Origin: Antedon mediterranea
Taxonomy: Eukaryota; Animalia; Echinodermata
Length of the DNA stretch: 64,000 nt
Assembly (NCBI RefSeq): GCF_964355755.1
Contig: NC_092671.1
Span: 6,076,001-6,140,000 of the forward strand
Direction: 5' to 3'
In this document: positions 10,728-22,878 of the stretch, piece by piece
Layout: the number at the start of each line of letters is the position of its first letter
Position numbering within the stretch: position 1 is the first letter of the stretch
Notes under the pieces: model-generated
Seen by the model: the letters and a program-made list of their open reading frames with translations, nothing else
What the model was told of the DNA's origin: nothing
Database searches by the model: none
Translations under genes and position numbers: made by a program

Positions 10728-13401
10728 TTTTAACACTGAGGCCAACCCCTATTCAACAGATTCCCTATTAAGGTATCCTCTTCATAGGTTTTCTACTTTA
10801 ATGTTAAAAGCTTTGTTTCAGTCAACCCAGACTTTCGGGTACCACATTACATTAGTATTTTGTTGATAGTGAAAATGTCAATTTACTTTCAACCTACCAA
10901 GCATTAAGTAATACAAATACTAGTGAATGATTAAAAAAATTAGAACTCTCTATTAAAAATTAACATACTGAGCTTAGCTTCTACATGTAGGTTATGTTTC
11001 TTGTGGATATTAATAATGTTTGCCCTACTGTAATCTCATCATAACCAGCTATTTTCAGATCAATGGCGTTATGATCTGTAATTTCTGCTGGCATGGATTT
11101 TTATTCCCGAAGGCACCAAGGTGAGGCAAACAATTATGGAAATATAAATGGGAATGAATGATGAATGACACACTGTAGAAGAGGACATTCAAAATGATAA
11201 CCTAGAAAACCATTGTGACCTATTTAAAGATCTTTGATAGATTGTTGTTTTTGGATATGACTTAATTAAAGGTATAAAATCCCACTATTTTAAAACCCAG
11301 CCTACTGTAGTGCTTACTTATGGTTGTACTTTCCCTTTTGGGAAAGGGGTGGGGAGGGGGAGGAAGGAATCCCTATGTAACAATCCTAGCTACTGTAAGT
11401 ATAACATTTTATTTGATAATAAGAGACCAACGAGGATGACCCAAAACCACATGGATAAAACATGGATAAAAATTTAAGAAAATGATACAAAAAGAAAAAT
11501 AAATAAGTCTATGCTTATAACATTATCAAATTAAAATTTGTTTTATTGAGTTGAGTCGGTCAGGAATAGTGTATATTTAACTTTCTGTAACATCCACAAT
11601 AAAAATACAGTATGATATCACTGGCTGGTGGCTGGTTGACTTATTAGCATAGTTGAAGTTCATTAAGCTGCTTTAATTGCGTTAGCTGCAAGATTATGTT
11701 CTCATATTAATCTCATTTCTCACTTTAGTTAATCTTTGCAAAATCAATAATAAGTTAATGATACAGTATTTAAATAGGTTCATATTGCATTCACCAATTT
11801 ATTATGGCTGACCAAGATACCTCTACTGTAGCTTGACTTGCAAAGTGACTCGTGGGCTAGCAACATAATATGGGAAATTTACAGTTAACTCATCCCCCCA
11901 TCCCAGTTAATATTCAACCAATATTAAGTCCTGTTAGTGTAATACAGATACTGTATTATCTTTAAAATAATTTTAAACAAACATAATTAATAGAGGTGTC
12001 CCCTGAATAGGGGTTGGATGTAGTGTTAAAATATATGTTCCATTATTATGTCATGGTAAAGTGTCCTCTAGGGTGTCCACTAAATAGAGGTCTCCCACAA
12101 AAGCGGGGTGGGGGTTCTACTACGACATGTTTTTGTATTAATTACAAGGAAAAGAAATTCTTGTTATATTTTTATGATACTAAGTATGACATTGAGTGTG
12201 TTTTTACTGGTAGAGATAAAATTTTTAGTCATCCCATAAAACATGAATAACTCAATATTAATAATAAAAATACAAAAAACATGATTTTATGTTACCAAAC
12301 AAAAGATTTCTGTATTATTCTAGTCCTGTATTTAAAATAAACTCAATATTTAAATCAATAATTGTTTATTACTTTTAATGATATTAATGCCGTATTCTAT
12401 TGTATACTGGTTGAGGTAATACCACCACTAAGATTTTAATAAAAGCCAATTCTTTTCTATTAAATTAATTTCATAATACAATTAAAATGATAAAGCAATG
12501 CTAAAAATACAAATACTTTTGTTAAGATTTCTTTTTATAAATTTAATCCATATACTAATAAAAAGTTGATGAGGAGGAATATAAATATTTTAAGATCGGC
12601 ACTGCAATAATCAGTAGTTTTGCGACTCAATCAAATTTAAACAATTATAAATATGAGGAGTAGCTGACTTATTTAAGTTACAGCGATGTATTTTGTTTAA
12701 GCTGCCCCTGCCCAGCATGTTTTCATCTCTTTTTAAAAATATATATATTTATATTGTATTTATTTTTATGCTGGTCGAATAAATAAACAAAACGAAGTGT
12801 TTAAAAAAACAATTGAAATTTTTCTATCCAAAAAAATAACTGATCAAATAAAAGTTAATTATTAAGCAATTATGTGCAGATATTAATGTTGCAAGGATTT
12901 GTTGGAATATCTTTGGGGTTTAGTCCGATCTTTTTTAATTCTCCTTCGTATCTATCAATGTCAGTTTTTTCATCCTATTCACTTGCCATTCAACCAATCA
13001 TAAGTCACTTTGTTATGGTGGATTTTAAAAAAATCCTTGCCTATGGAAATAGAGTCTACTTGGCATAAATTTCAATAGCATCTTCGAGTGTTAAATTAAA
13101 AAAGACATACTGTACTGTATGTTAAATTGTCTGAATTTTATCAGGCTTATTTTTAGCTAAATACCTGTAGTTCATAATTTAAGATTATTATTAAAACATT
13201 TATTCAATAATTAATACAACTAGAGTTTAGTTCCACGAGGAACTAAAAAGAGAATTACATCTGACAAAGAAATAACTCTAAACAAAAATAACAAAAGAAA
13301 TGCAGTTGAAATGTTGTTAACTTATAGATTTTATAAATTTACAATTTTCATTCAAAAATTGTCACCTTACTATTAATCTTTGTACCACTTGATGAACCTA
13401 A

Positions 13402-13559
13402 AGCTCTGTCTACGCTATCAAACTTTGTGACAAAAAATGTGATGCGCCCATATATGGACATGATGATGTCATATCACTACCCTATTTAAGCATATCACTA
13501 CCATATTTGGACACATCACACTTTTTTTGTCTAAATAGTTTGATAGTGTAGACAGAGTT
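13402..13559. mobile_element. MITE family A
   Basis: AGCTCTGTCTACGCTATCAAACT ... AGTTTGATAGTGTAGACAGAG. Confidence 0.85.
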
Positions 13560-16404
13560 TATTAACTAAACTGTCACTATTTTGGTGATAGAGCCCTCTA
13601 GAATCATAAGATTAGTATTATTAGTGCCAACAAATAGAACTTTTACAATACGTTTATTCAAAGCATTTACTGTATTATTTCTATACCCAATCAACTTCTT
13701 AATTAAAAAAAATTAATACTGCTAATGATTTACACTTTTCTCTTTAAACCACTTCTTAAACATGTCTGGTTTTAGATGCATATTGGTTTGTTTAAACAAC
13801 ATTGTTTTTAGTAATTATATTCTGTATGTTCTGTTGTACCATACTACGCAACAAGACAACATATAACAAATTCTAATAAACTTATTATTTTGTCAGTGCT
13901 CTGATAGTCTACTGTATACACCAATGTTAGCATTTGGTATAGTTACGTTTCTTGTGAGCGTGTGCAGGTGTTTCTCATACTCTATTTTTGTTATGCTTTG
14001 TTATTTTTTTTTTGTAGTATACCAATATATTAGTACCAATATTTAATGTCCAAGTTGCATTAAACCATAGTTTAATAATTTAAAAATGTGATTATAATAT
14101 ATTAATGCATTTTTTTTGTTACGGTCATAGAATTATAATCAAATTAAATTGTGATATTGAAGGTCAGTATAATCAATAATGATTAATCTTTTTATCTGCA
14201 CCAATAAAAATTATTTTAATAATGTTCAATTGTGAATTTTCAATTTGAATTTTAAAGTTGTAGGGATTTTTTTAACAAAGAAAAAAAATATGAGTCAAAT
14301 AAACTTGGATAAAATACTATTTTCACAAAAAAATCTCATAAAAAATTAATTAGTAATAAAAAACATGTATAAAGTTGTAACAAGGTGGGAGAAAAGGACA
14401 GTTCCATTTTTTTACAAGGGATGTTTAACTAAAAAATAAAATATTCTCTTTTTATGTATTCAGTAAAAGCATGTCACTAATTGTGAACAACCTTGATTTT
14501 ACATCACGTAAAATCATATTGTCCTTGCTTCAATTTAATATCATTTATACTTAATTTTCATTGTCACATGACTTTACCTTCATCAAATTTCCTTATAAAC
14601 ACGTCTTGATGTGCCGTTCTAAGTTAATATTTCCTGTGCAAATTTATTTATCTCTCTGCCATATGCAACAGCGAACATAATATTCCTAGGAATTCATTCA
14701 ATCGTAGAGTTAGTGTCTTTATAATCCATTTGACAATTTAGGGTGAAAGAAAAGTATTTTGTGTAGCATTGGGTTCCTGTTTGGGTAGTCGGCTGGTTTC
14801 AGGTTTCTTCTTGATGTTACAAACTAATTATATCGGGAATAAATCTTAGGTTTATATTAATACAGTATATGATGATGTGTATAAACTAATAGTTACAATA
14901 CCATGAAAGAATGTACATAAACAGAATCTGTCATGAAATTTAAATATTAAAACAATATTACTTAGATAATTTTTGTTTAGTTTGACAAGTTCAGCTATGT
15001 TTCATTATCTATTTACATAAGACATCTTTATTTCTATACTTCAATTGTTTCAGAAAACAATTTTTATGTTCTTTTTAGTCAATTACATTACATTATTAGC
15101 AATAAAACTAGCACTATATAGTACTAGTAGTCAAATTGTTAGGAAATGATCTCTACTTAACAAACCCTACAAACATTATGGAACAGTCCAAATATTACCT
15201 TCTGAATTTGTTGCTGTCTTTCAGAGCCATATTTACTTGCAGACAGCTAGGAGCCAGCTGGGAGACACTGTGTAGTTGCAAGCCAAGCTCTGTACATACC
15301 TTGAGAGTTGCAGCATCTTCAGTGAACTTCTGATAGTTGTTCAACCAAGGAGAGTATCAACAATACTGCCAGATATTGCTTTGTTGTCTTGTTTTATACT
15401 GTCTGTGTTTACTTGGATTTTGCTCAAACTTTAGCCACTTCAAGATTGTTAATATATCAATCATCATTTCTTCTTTCATCTGTGTGAGGCTTAATTATTT
15501 ATTATTGATACAGGTACATCAAAACATTAGTTCATTTCTCAGGACTTCAATAGTAAGTTTTTGTTTTGTTTTACTTTTATTATTGGCGCTTAATATTTGT
15601 TTTATTTAAGTGGACTATTAAAGCTATTAAATATACTAGTGTGAAGTTGCATCATTACATCAACAGCCAACTAAATACATAATGTTTTTAAATTTGTCGT
15701 CATTTTGAAAGTACAGTACATTACAGTATGTTTTGGGCCTATTCTAGATTAAGCTTTTTCTTATTTTCATATTCATACTGTACTGTAGATAAACCGATTG
15801 CAACCCACCTCTTTCTGGTATGCCATTAGACAGAAACTCCTCTGTTTTTTTTGGGGAAAACATGACTTTTTAAAACAATTTCTTGGATGTGTAGAATGAA
15901 ATACTTTTACTGACTCCTGATTTAATTTCTAAATTTGAGAACTATCTGTAAAAAACACACCCAGAAATGTGCGCGAGAGCATTTCTATTGACTAATGATA
16001 AAAGACTGAGTTGGTCTACTAGCGTTCCTGCTCCCAACCTGCCATCTAATATTCAATGTGCAATTTTAGACAATCTTATACTTTTTACAAGAATTGAATT
16101 AGTTGAGTGAGTGGCTGTGAAAACATGCCTTTAACAAGGTAAATTTAGATAAACAAAACTGTACCCACAACACTAAACCAATGTTAACATCTTCCTTAGC
16201 AAGGTCACAAGTCTTTAATTTCTCTTGGGATAAGTTTTTTTAAAAATTTCTATGAAGGTGAACATTTATTGTTTTCTTTAAAGATTTTTGGAATTTCTAT
16301 ATGATTGATCCATAATTGATAAAGATGGTGAATATTTTTTGTTGGCTTTATTATACTGTAGTATGGTGAACTTATGAATTTATAAATGTTTTTGTGTCAT
16401 TATA

Positions 16405-16549
16405 CAGTCAACTCTCCCAATATTGGACTTTTCCAGAGGTCCAAAGTTTTCAAATTCTTTTTTACCATTAAAAACACAATACCAAACTTCCTGGAAAACC
16501 AGACATATTAGGCGAGCCCAAAGGTGTCCAGTATTGGGACAGTTGACTG
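16405..16549. mobile_element. Tc1/mariner (pogo-like) MITE
   Basis: TA|CAGTCAACTCTCCCAATA ... TATTGGGACAGTTGACTG|TA, with a TA TSD. Confidence 0.85.
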
Positions 16550-18527
16550 TACTTAAATGTTAACATATTATTATGTTATACAATTATTCAATTACAATGT
16601 TATGTCACTGACAGCAGATACCATACCAACCAATTCAATACAATGTACACTAATGCTCAAAAGGCTTTCAAACCACCGCTGATTGATTGAAAGTAGCATA
16701 CAAATGTGTACATTCTGCTTTCAAAACAATCTTTTCCTGTTAGGTTCTTTTTCTAATCACATAGTTCATCCTTATTCTTAAAATGTTCACAATAATTCTT
16801 TGAACAGGTGTAGAGTACATTACCCCTTAGATAAGGTACTGTATAATATTCATCATGATTTGTATACGGTTCATTTAGTGCCTTTGTTACCTTTAGAAAT
16901 AACCATCTTAAATGTCTCAATTGATTCTGGTTTCTTCTATCGACAAAACAGTTTTTAAAAAAGGTTAATTTGAAGAAATTTTGGACTGCTATTGTAGCCT
17001 CAATTTAACCTCACCATTGAAAGATTAATGAATGGTGATGGAAAGGGGGTACAAACATACTAAGTTTCCCTAGTGCATAAATATTAATACAGTACTAATA
17101 TTAATGATGTCAAACACCACAAAGACTAAAATATCCTCTTTAAAAAACCCAGTTTTTGTTTGTTTGTAGTTTTAATAATTTTATGCATGCGGTCTTGATT
17201 ATTTTACAGTATACATACAAAAAAAAAAAAAAAAAAAGGATTTCAAAAGAATAAATTTCATAAATAAATAATGGTTTTCTGTAAAGCATTATCCATAATA
17301 AAGTATACTCATTTACTAAATTAATGTTTGTGACATTATACAGCTGTTCGGTCGAATCATAATTTGCATTTATCAATATTAGTTGTAAAGTACAGTTAAC
17401 TAACCCTAACCCTTCATTAATAATTCGTTTATATATTATAGATCTTAAATTTGCATATTATTTTTTGGGAATTTACATTTTATTTTAATTTTTTTGAAAA
17501 TATAGGGGAATTACTGTAATAAAACTTTGTATATTGATCAATATCCTCGCATTTTAATTCATTTATGGAAATTTATTTCCAAAGCTTTGTGTCCATACAA
17601 TTATTTATCATTCACGCGTTTTACATAGAAATAGAAATTTTAATGAAAATTTTGATATTTTTAGAATAATTAATTTAGAAAACCACGAGAAAATGATATC
17701 AGTCCAAAAACAAGATTTTTGAGTGTGTTTACATGATGAGGCAAAACATTGCCTTTCAAAATTAACATCATTAAACTTAAATTAGGTACTAATTGTTTTT
17801 GACAGTCTTTAGTGCAATTGGGAAAAGTACAGTAAAACAATTCTATAATACTACTACTTTGTTTACTGTATGTGTATGATTACTATATGTAATTGTACTG
17901 AATGGAAATGGGCAGGGACACTTTCCGCGCAATTAAACAATTTAAATTTAACAATTTATTTTTACTAATTTAAACCCACTAACTATTACTTTTTGTTTTT
18001 CAAATGAATAATTTTGTTTTATAACTAGTGACATTAAAATGACTTATTAAACAAAAACAATTTATTTTTTCAGAGGGACAATATCTTTAATCTCAAGTGT
18101 ATAGAATAGACCAGATTTTGTTGTAATGTCTATCATATTTTATTCTGCAAAATAAGCGAATGTTAAAGATCTCTTAGTTTTCTAGTCAATTAGACTAGTA
18201 TGATACATGAATGATTACTAAGGTGACTTGGATGAATATCGTTAATACATCTCATCAATCTTATCTTGTCATTCAACTAATGAATTTCAATCTTCTTCAA
18301 AAGGATATAAATTTCCCATTTATTGATCCATCATTTGGACTACTTTTTAAAACAACTTAGGATGTATAGTGAATAGACATTTGTGCCATTAAACTAGTAG
18401 TGAGTAGGGTTACCCTGCTAAAATGTCTTTTTTTAACAAGTCTATCTGGCCTTAATCTCTGCTCTCAATATCCACTGTTTTAAAATGTGGATGCTTTTTC
18501 TGACCCATGAAAAGTTCCAAGTGGTTG

Positions 18528-18735
18528 TTACTTACTTACTTAGTCCGTAGTCCGTAGGATACCCAAACTTATATGATTAGATTCCTTCAGAACTTACTAT
18601 CTGCCATTGTGACAGCCAGTTCATTTCTCTGCATACCAGTATCTGTCTCTGGTACATCAATGTATGCGAGTGCTGGTCTTCCTTGTTTTGCAAGCCTATG
18701 TTTTGGCTGTCACATCAGAACATCTGCAATGATTA
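18528..18735 (-). mobile_element. RTE-clade LINE 3' terminus (pseudogenised)
   Basis: The minus strand translates IIADVLM*QPKHRLAKQGRPALAYIDVPETDTGMQRNELAVTMADSKF*R, matching the RTE C-terminal GRP..YID..DTG..EL...M.DR..W pattern, followed by an (AAGT)n tail. Confidence 0.7.
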
Positions 18736-18799
18736 AATAATAAATAAATTACAATTACTTGCAATTAATAAATTAAGTCAAATAATAATGGAGGTAAAA

Positions 18800-18982
18800 T
18801 ATTTGTAAAAACCTACGGCTCTTCAAGAGTACTGTTGAATCAGTATTTCTATATGGATCAGAAAGTTGGACCATTACAAAGAAACTTGAGAAAGCAATTG
18901 ATGGCAGTCACTAACTAACTTTGTGCTGCTATGGGAATAAAATGGCAACAAAGAATTAACAACGAAGTACTATATGGCTCTT
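18800..18982 (+). mobile_element. RTE-clade LINE RT C-terminal fragment, inverted relative to its neighbour
   Basis: The plus strand translates LRLFKSTVESVFLYGSESWTITKKLEKAIDG..AAMGIKWQQRINNEVLYG, matching the RTE LLYGSETW and NEELY motifs. Confidence 0.75.
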
Positions 18983-19159
18983 CGGTCATACAGTACCAAA
19001 AATGAAAGAAACAATGAAAAGAAGTGAATGTAAAACTGATATTAAACTTCTATTCAGAAGTTTAAACAGTAATGATGGCAGTCAGAGTCTGGAAAAAGAT
19101 TTATTTTGTTGTTTTCTTTATTTGTTTCCATAATTAGAAATAAAATCAACCTTGTTTCT

Positions 19160-19304
19160 AGCTCTGTCTATACAAGTTTGACATAACAAGAGTGATGTGC
19201 CTAAATACGGTAGTGATGCCAAAATATGGTAGTGATATGACATCATCATATATGAGCACATCACATTTTTTTGTCACATAAAGTTTGATAGTGTAGGCAA
19301 AGCT
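19160..19304. mobile_element. MITE family A
   Basis: Family TIR and body sequence. Confidence 0.8.
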
Positions 19305-22015
19305 CTTTATAAATTACAGAGGAGGAAAAGGAAGTAGAAACTTATATAGTTTTTTCTCTAAAATCGTCCTTGTTATCACCCTATAGCTGCCAAATATTTT
19401 GAATTAGTTGTGGGTGTTCCTATTACATTCTTCTTTCTGTATTAACAAAGATTAAGTTTGCTGTTCCACTGTAGACAAGATGACAGAATGTTTGCTTTAG
19501 ATTTTGTTTTTCTATTTACTTTTCCAACTTTAGAAATTAAATGATTGTCATACTGTACAAGCTTATGTTGACTCAGCTACGCTACTGGTAGTACTACTTA
19601 ATAATACCATGTTCTTTTAAATAGGAATTAGTGAGATGATAAGTTACTGTTGTCTATTTCTGTTCTTTGCTAAGTCCAGTTACTATTTTATACTGATCTT
19701 ATAGGTAGATCCAAGGTGGTCCCCCCTAAATTTCGGCAAATGCAAAAGATAGGATATTAGGTCCAACAATTTTCCCATTTTTAAGGCCTCGGCCAACCCC
19801 ACTTCCCTATCCTTAATTCAAAATCTTGGATCCACCACTGCCTGTTAATTACTTATTCATTTAATAAATTCATAACTGGTAAAGTACAAACTGTTTTTTT
19901 TTTTTTGAGTTCAAGAAATGTATTAAAATACAAAGAGTGTTTTAATGCATACCAAGATGTTTTGCCCAACTCTGAAACCAATTTGTTTATTTTGGCTTCT
20001 GGTTCTTCTAATACTACAGCTATTTCAATGCTACACATTCTATACTAATATGTGCTATAATACAGTATTTCTGTTTGTACTACTGTACAGCCTTGGTGTA
20101 ACTTTAGAAGGTGCATCTTATTATCATGTTAGCGTTTCATGATTCTCAAATAAAAAATAATGAATAAAAAAAGAGTAAATTGAGTGTTGACACTTTTTTG
20201 GCGCATCGTTAAAATTGGTACTGTCATCAAATAGCAGTGTAATTCCGACAGGATCTCAATTTACTTTTCCCATTTACACTGGGGTAATATTTCAAAGCTG
20301 AATTCAGTAGTTATTAACTTCCATCATCGCTTTCCTATCAAGAGAAAAGAATTGTCATTGAATATATCACGCTTAGTTTTTTTTTTAGAATTCTCAGATA
20401 ATCCTACAATAGGAATATTGTATCCCGAACCACACCCAAAGATGTAAAATTCTATTATGACTTTTTATCCATAATCCAAAACTGGGGATGAAGCGCTGAT
20501 GCGGAAACAGACTTATTAAATATAATATTGTTGGCTTAGTTTGTTTCATAATGGTGATTACCAGAGGTAATAACCAAGTGCTTAGGAATTCTTATTGATC
20601 AATATTTGCTCTGTGACTATTATTTCCCAATGGGATGAACTGATACCTCCTTTGAGATTGAATGAATAGTAATTTGACATTATTACTATACAGAAATCAT
20701 TGATAATTATACAATATTATAAAGATTAAAATCAAAATAAGTATTTTTGTGCTTCTGGTCAATAAGCCTGATCTATAACTTGACATTACTTTTACTTTTA
20801 CTAAAGAATAATGCTTATTTTACCCTATTTTAGACAAAAATTCTACTTTTATTTTAAAAGAACTTTCTTTTCATTCATTCTTTCATAGTTTATGTAAATC
20901 AAACTTTTTATTGGAAATATTTACTATTTTTAGTTCATGTTGAGAAAGTGTTGTTTATGTTATGGATCTCGACTGCACATCTTTTTGCTTAAGTCAGAAA
21001 TTAAAAATTGCTTAAGTGAAAACTGAAGCTTTATTTATAAAATCAGTTATATTATGGTATAGAATGGACTAGAGAACAAAATGTAATGTTATTTGGTTTA
21101 AAGCAAAATCATTGACTTCCAACATAGTTAAAGCATGTTTTATAAATCTGACTTCTGTTCATTAAGCTTCTAGGATTTTGCATAAATTTACAACTTAAAC
21201 ATTACAACTTAGTTCAAACGGCACATGTAGATTTAAGCTATCATTAATTTTTTTGAAGTTTTAACTCAATTTGGATCACGTTAGTTATAGGACCTGAGGA
21301 GCCAAATCAGTATACAGACACAAATGCTATGCTATGATTCCGTTTCCGTTTTAATTGAAAAACAGACAGATAACCTTCCTCTAGCTGTCTTGTTTTAGCC
21401 AAGACGTGTATGCCGGACGAATATTAATTATTTCACTGTGTACTGAAGTAACGGAAAACCATTTTTTTTTGCTAATAAAGTATAAGGAAACAATGGAATT
21501 TTTAAGGCATATTGATACAAGAAAGAGAATTTTTTCAGCTATTTTTAAAAAGAAAACTGACTGAATAAATGAGTCGTTTTCTCTGGTTATACTGTAAATA
21601 CCGTACACATTGACACGGCTATGTAATAGTACGTAATTAAACTTCAATTTAAACTAATTTTCGATTGGGAAATTTGATAATATTAAGAAAGCAATTAATT
21701 ATAATAATGGTCTTGGTTTTTATTGCTTCTGGCAAATAAATGAATCAACTTCTTGTAGAGTATTATGCCGTACTGTAAATTCTTCCGTTTCGCAATGCAA
21801 TTGTCGTTTCACGAAAAAAGCAATTGTTTCCCATGAGAATTTTAGCATTTGGTGAATATTATTTAGATTGTTCTTTTACAGTAAGACCTACAAATAAAAA
21901 GTTAATTACATACTTCACAAACTTTAATATTTAAAACTTTAGTTGTTCAGCTACATGAAATTTCATTAAATAAATAAAGGTTAACTTTTAGTTAAACCAG
22001 TTGACAAGTACTTAC

Positions 22016-22056
22016 TTGCTACGTTTCAGCTACTTTCAGTAGCCTTGTTCACGCAA
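22016..22056 (-). ncRNA. Minimal type-I hammerhead-like ribozyme with non-canonical core, in the Penelope 3' pLTR
   Basis: The minus strand reads UUGC-GUGAACAA-GGCUAC(UGAAA)GUAGCU-GAAAC-GUA-GCAA. Stem I and stem II pair and stem III is palindromic ACGU, but the CUGAnGA box is replaced by GUGAACA. Confidence 0.55.
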
Positions 22057-22878
22057 ATGACGTTGACATGATGTTCTATCATTCGTCATAGTTCGGTGAA
22101 TTGCGCCACCTCTTGTCTGATGTTCAGCTTTCTGCTGGTGTCCCCCTTTGGATGCTCGGGTGTCCCTTTTTATTAAGTCATCGTAGATGTGGCCCAGTTC
22201 ATGTCCTCCCTGGTCTCTGTTGATGTTCATATTCGTTTTTCTTATCCAAATGGCTTCTTTTATTTTTTTTGATAAGTAGTGTTGTTCTTTGTCTAATATT
22301 TTTGTGTTTTCAAAATCCGGTATGTGATTTTCTATGGTGGCGTGATCTGTGATAGCAGATTTGTGTAGAGTTTTGGATTGTGAATGGCGAGCGCTCCTGG
22401 TTCGTGTCCCTACCGTATTTTTTTCCACGTCTGTTTTGTGTTCTATTATTCTTGTTTTTAATGCTCTGCCCGTTTCCCCTATGTATACCTTCTTGCAGTT
22501 GTGGAAACCTACTTGGTAGACTATACCACACTGTTGATCTTTGTCAATCTTGTCTTTAGGATGAACGAGACTTTCTCTTAATTTGTTTTTGGGAGTGATA
22601 TATGTATTTCTATTGTGCTGTTTCAATGTTCTTCTTAGCCTTTGAGTCATTCCTTCGACATATGGTAAACCAATGTTGACTTTGGATTTTTCTTTATCTG
22701 TTGTTATTTCTTTGTCTTTGTTTGCTTTTCTATGTTCCCTTTTGTCTTTAACTCTTTTAAAACTCCAGTCTGGAGGATATCCGCATGTTGATAAAGCTGC
22801 TTTTATATCACTCATTTCTTGTTTTTGTCCTTCTTCTGTTGATACGATGGATTCACACCCGGATTCACATCTGTCCAC
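22036..22878 (-). pseudogene. Penelope-like ORF remnant: RT thumb/linker and GIY-YIG endonuclease (280 aa open frame)
   Basis: Motifs GYP, LPYVEG, VYIGETGR, RIIEH, EAIWI and NRDQG are present. The upstream RT is frameshifted and lacks YVDD. Confidence 0.88.
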
